Source: an uncultured Acidobacteriota bacterium (GTDB taxonomy: Bacteria; Acidobacteriota; UBA6911). From it: a stretch of DNA of 64,000 nucleotides. Under the pieces are notes generated by a model. It saw only the letters and a list, made by a program, of their open reading frames with translations. It did not search any database and was not told the DNA's origin. Position numbers and translations under genes: made by a program. Where the stretch lies: the NCBI GenBank assembly GCA_963843575.1, contig CAWJKZ010000013.1:32001-96000 (forward strand), in the 5' to 3' direction. Shown piece by piece: positions 62,766 through 64,000 of the stretch (position 1 is its first letter; each line of letters begins with the position of its first letter).

Positions 62766-64000
62766 ATGCACGAACCGTTTCAATTTCACACTCTGGACCA
62801 GCTGCGCGGGAGGATCGCCGAACTCGCGCTCGAGCTCCCCGTCTCGGACGATATCGGCCCGCTGTTTGAGCCGGTTCAGGTCGGCCCCTTCCTGCTGCCG
62901 AACCGGTTTGTGGTTCTGCCGATGGAGGGATGCGACGGCCTGGCCGACGGTTCCCCCGACGAACTCACGTTTCGGAGGTATCGAAGGTTCGCCGAGGGGG
63001 GAGCCGGTCTGCTCTGGATGGAAGCGACCGCCGTCGTCGAGGTGGGGAGGGCCAACCCTAGGCAACTCTGGCTCAGGGAGGCGAATCTCTCCGCCTTTTC
63101 CCGCCTCGTGCGCGAAACCCGCGACGCGGCCGTGCGGGCACTCGGCCCACGACAGGGTCCCGTGCTCGTAGTGCAGTTGACGCATTCGGGGCGGTACAGC
63201 CGGCCCGGGAGGCTGGCAGCCCCGATAATCGCGCACCGCTCGCCCTTCCTGGATCCCATCCACGACCTGCCGCTTGACTACCCGGTGATCTCGGACGACG
63301 AACTGGAGCGCCTGGAGGACGAATACGTGCGCGCGGCCGTGTGTGCGGCCCGAGCGGGCTTCGACGCGGTTGACATAAAGGCGTGTCACCGCTACCTGGT
63401 TTCGGAGTTGCACGCCTCCCATACCCGCGAGGGACGCTACGGTGGTTCGTTCGAAAACCGTTCCCGCTTTTTCCGCAACATCGTCGCCAAGATCAGGGAC
63501 GCCGTCCCGGGCCTGACGGTCACATCCCGCATGAACGCGTACGACGCCATGGCCTATCCCTATGGCTTCGGCGTCGACCGCACCGACCCGCGCCGGAGTG
63601 ACCTGAGCGAGCCGCTCGAACTGGTGCGGTACCTGCAGGGACTGGGCACTCCGCTGGTTAACGTCACGATCGGCAACCCCTATTTCAACCCGCACGTCAA
63701 CCGTCCCTTCGATCTTCCCGTTGCGGGCGGAGCGGTTCCGCCGGAACCGCCGCTCGCAGGCGTGGCGCGCTTTTCCGGGATCGTGGGCCAGATCCAGTCG
63801 GCCTTTCCCGGCATGGCCGTCGTGGGCGGCGGCTACTCGTGGCTCCGTCAGTTCTTCCCGCATGTCGCCGCCGCGAATGTGAAGCGGGGAGCGGTCGCGC
63901 TGGTCGGGCTCGGCCGCATGGCTTTCGCCTACCCCGAGTTTGTCCGCGACCTGGCCGACCACGGCCGTCTCGACCCGGAACGCGTGTGCGTCGCCTGTTC
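62766..64000 (+). CDS. NADH:flavin oxidoreductase (old yellow enzyme family), 3'-truncated by window edge
   Basis: My own translation: PNRFVVLPMEGCDG, GGAGLLWMEAT, QLTHSGRYS, AGFDAVDIKACHRYL, GRYGGSFENR. Confidence 0.88.
   Translation, partial: MHEPFQFHTLDQLRGRIAELALELPVSDDIGPLFEPVQVGPFLLPNRFVVLPMEGCDGLADGSPDELTFRRYRRFAEGGAGLLWMEATAVVEVGRANPRQLWLREANLSAFSRLVRETRDAAVRALGPRQGPVLVVQLTHSGRYSRPGRLAAPIIAHRSPFLDPIHDLPLDYPVISDDELERLEDEYVRAAVCAARAGFDAVDIKACHRYLVSELHASHTREGRYGGSFENRSRFFRNIVAKIRDAVPGLTVTSRMNAYDAMAYPYGFGVDRTDPRRSDLSEPLELVRYLQGLGTPLVNVTIGNPYFNPHVNRPFDLPVAGGAVPPEPPLAGVARFSGIVGQIQSAFPGMAVVGGGYSWLRQFFPHVAAANVKRGAVALVGLGRMAFAYPEFVRDLADHGRLDPERVCVAC

Overview
This is a GC-rich bacterial window whose gene content is most consistent with an anaerobic Acidobacteriota-like genome (inference). 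Many single-base frameshifts suggest long-read consensus errors or some pseudogenisation. The left half holds secreted hydrolases, two paralogous DUF5107-like TPR proteins, a sigma54-promoted L,D-transpeptidase next to an orphan SBP/HK/NtrC module, an atypical radical SAM protein, pncA and a Sec-lyase-like NifS. The centre (30.3-50.7 kb) is the highlight. A divergent regulatory block (dual-receiver Cys-motif protein, sigma54 regulator, Cache kinase, Cys-tailed MarR) faces a ~14 kb operon: hdrC, hdrB, hdrA N-half, a DRTGG/kinase/FeFe-like/PHP cassette, hydC-hydD-hydB (bifurcating signature), a HydA-N::HdrA-C fusion, mvhD, mvhG, mvhA and a maturation protease. MvhA has an in-frame UGA followed by a SECIS-like hairpin at the second Cys of the N-terminal RICGxC motif (a bridging Ni-Fe ligand), while the classical NiFeSe position is Cys. 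HdrA is split in the middle of its ferredoxin insert. The right part is housekeeping and catabolic (folD, fucI, rhaB/fucK, cysE, cysK, HisJ-like PHP, C45 peptidase, trpB2, OYE), interspersed with GTGG-tagged REP-like palindromes and MITE-like elements. No rRNA, tRNA or CRISPR array was recognised.
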